Shown one piece after another: positions 61,880-64,000 of a stretch of DNA of 64,000 nucleotides (position 1 is the stretch's first letter; each line of letters opens with the position of its first letter). The position numbers were made by a program, and so were the translations under genes. Source of the DNA: Moniliella sp. 'wahieum' (lineage: Eukaryota); assembly GCA_003971905.1 (NCBI GenBank), contig RSEE01000004.1, positions 1,054,001 to 1,118,000 of the forward strand, in the 5' to 3' direction. The notes beneath the pieces are model-generated. The model had not been told where the DNA came from, did not search any database, and was given only the letters and a program-made list of their open reading frames with translations.

Positions 61880-62960
61880 AGGCTGAGTGAGGCTCAGCGC
61901 TATAGGACTTGTAACCCTAAGGTGACTAGATGACTCTTCCCTGCCCTAGGGACTTTCCTAGTGATCTAGTGATAGGGACGAGGGCCTGAAGAGTACGTGA
62001 GTGATACTGGTGATGTGTGGCCAGCGGGGTAGCAGCCGGTAGAGGGGGGAAGCTAGAGAAGGAGGGCCAGGCCCCAGGGTGCCTTACGTTACGTTACGCC
62101 ACTGCATGTGACGCGTGACGCCTCTGCTGTCTGGTGTTCGGGGCACACTAGGGCACGTTTCCAGCGATCGACCGGGTACAGATATTCATACACTGGCCCT
62201 GCGCCGTCTACGCGTTGCGCTTGAAGCTCGCGTGAAGCTTGAAGCTGGCTTGAAGATCCACTCGACCAATCTCTTTCCCAGGAGCATCATGCATCATTAT
62301 GCCGGTGGGGCGTTCGGTGGAAATGACCCTCTGTAGCAGAGTGGGGGCCCACATCCATCACATGCATCACACACGTCAGATCATCGATTGCTTGTTACAT
62401 GTTACATGTCGCTCTCCCCGCACAGCTGCCAGTCGCTCGTCGCTCGCTCGTCGGGCCTGCACAGGCACCTAATGCCTAACCCTGTCTAACCTAGGGCCTA
62501 ATATCGCGGCAAGCAAGCATTGCAGTAGGATCGACCAGGATCGACCCCTCCGACCCACCCAGTACCCAGTCCTCACCAGCTCGCCCCAGCCACTCTGTAT
62601 CCAATCCCGCAGTACTTCTCCAACGGCGTACTCAGCGTAATACACTCAGCGTTAACCTCACAGCGACTCAGCATTCGGATCTCAGATCTCAAATCGGGCG
62701 AATGTGTCTCATGTCCACATGCCCCCCACTGGAGCCCTATGCGAGCCATAAAATAGGACAGGCGCCCCATGCCGTGCCATTTGCTAGCTGCCAGACTATA
62801 GCCGAACCTATTAGCACGGAGCCAGTTTGCTCCCGACGCCGTCGAATGATTAAGGAGGGTGCTTGCACAGCAGTATACAGAGCATCCCAGTCGCTGATTG
62901 GGTCGAATGATTATCGATTATCTCGATTCATCGATTAATGGGCTCCACAGAGGCCCCTGA
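61880..62960. repeat. Intergenic cluster of TNA-centred heptamers
   Basis: TGTGACG-CGTGACG at about 62107; CTTGAAG-type run 62220-62256; CATCATG at 62285; (TGTTACA)2 at 62393; (GATTATC)2 at 62909. Confidence 0.8.
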
Positions 62961-63414
62961 GGCTCAGGTGCTCGGGGCTGTCCAGGCCTGCCTGCGCGAG
63001 CGTCGAACCCGGACCTAAGCCTCCCCGGGACGTTTGTTGTTCTCCAGGTTCACAAGACCCCACACTATCGGGCTGCCTCTGTTGTCCCAATCTCCAACAG
63101 GCAGGCCCACCCCGACACAGCCGTGTCCTGAGTTTCTCTATAGCTGCCACCAACGCACTCTTACTTCCTCCCCTCATCGGCCTCATCCCTCCGGCCAGTT
63201 CGCCAATCCTGGCTCATTATTCTTTGCTCAGCGCTCGGCGCTCGACCTCAGCCGTTCGTCCCCCCGCCCGCTCTCTCGGTGTCAACGCCCTGCGACCCTG
63301 TGTGCGCGCCCCTTGCGCATCCACGGCCCCTCCGCCCCACTTCGTTTTGTAAATCCGCTGAGTGCCCCCCCGCCAACATCCGCCCCTGAGTGCAAGCCAC
63401 GCTTCCCCCGTGCG

Positions 63415-64000
63415 ATGGCCCACAAGCTTATTCCCCCGCCGCAAGCTCCGCCGCGTCCCGGCCGACTCGAAGGTGGCTGACCTGCCTGCTGAGTCTCAGC
63501 AACATGGCACTGCCCCGTCCCCGTCGGAACAACACTCTCTTGCTCCTTCTAGCCCTCGATTTCTGCATCACACGAACCGACCACTGGACTGATGAGTACA
63601 TCCCAGGATCTCCTGCCCCCTGCCCGTGCCCAGCCCTCTCCGGCCGGGCATCCTTCTCCCCGGAGACTGTCGAATCTGCAACGGGAGCAGCGAGAGCGGC
63701 GAGAGCAGCTGATGCTCTTCCGCAATGCAGCGCTCCATCCCTCCCTCACCGGAAACAGCGAGGAGATGGGCGCGGTGGGACCATGCACTCTCTCAACGTG
63801 CTCAACTATCGGGACCCCCTGTTGAAGAGCAGATGTGTGCGTCTCACTCTGGTGCCTTTGAGTGGAGCGAGTGGGCGGCTGCACGCCTCAACCTCCCGCT
63901 TCCAGCGCCTCACCGACACATCAATCCTCCCATTCCAATTTGCTCGCCTCCCTCGACGCGCACCAGGATCCAGGGCGGAAGCCGCGGCGCCACGGCCGTT
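63415..64000 (+). CDS. Probable 5' part of an unidentified gene running off the window
   Basis: CT-rich leader, then ATG 63415 and overlapping Pro/Ser-rich ORFs; no domain recognised. Confidence 0.3.

Noticed and set aside
61910..62406. TGTAAC..GTTACA-bounded LTR
   Set aside because: No target-site duplication; the right end is explained by the (TGTTACA)2 heptamer.
1..64000. tRNA, rRNA or snRNA genes
   Set aside because: No cloverleaf with A/B boxes or conserved rRNA/snRNA words was recognised by eye; tRNAscan-SE or Infernal would be needed to exclude them.

Overview
Fungal nuclear DNA: GC-rich and gene-dense, with few short GT-AG introns carrying CTRAC/CTAAT branch sites. Most likely a basidiomycete, plausibly Ustilaginomycotina (inference). 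Many 1-nt indels split conserved genes across frames; I treat these as long-read errors, so gene ends are approximate. Recognisable genes, left to right: IML2/TTC39-like and a CSR1-like CRAL-TRIO gene (possibly one fused gene), NCB2, LIS1/PAC1, proteasome assembly chaperone 2, NFU1, a PP1-motif orphan, a large Ser/Pro-rich orphan, a 4-exon COX7 absent from the ORF track, CYT1, methylisocitrate lyase, OPI10/Hikeshi, a repeat-containing orphan, an AN1 zinc-finger gene, a mitochondrial carrier, TVP38, RPS9, RPL21, RPL39, a divergent septin and a SNF2/STH1-family remodeler. Two intergenic islands (22.3-23.4 kb and 29.8-34.7 kb) contain short solo LTRs, four of them with perfect 5-bp TSDs. The most unusual signal is in intergenic DNA, which carries tandem copies of self-complementary heptamers of the form x-y-T-N-A-y'-x'. 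At least ten different sequences follow this rule, and several LTRs sit in or beside these arrays.
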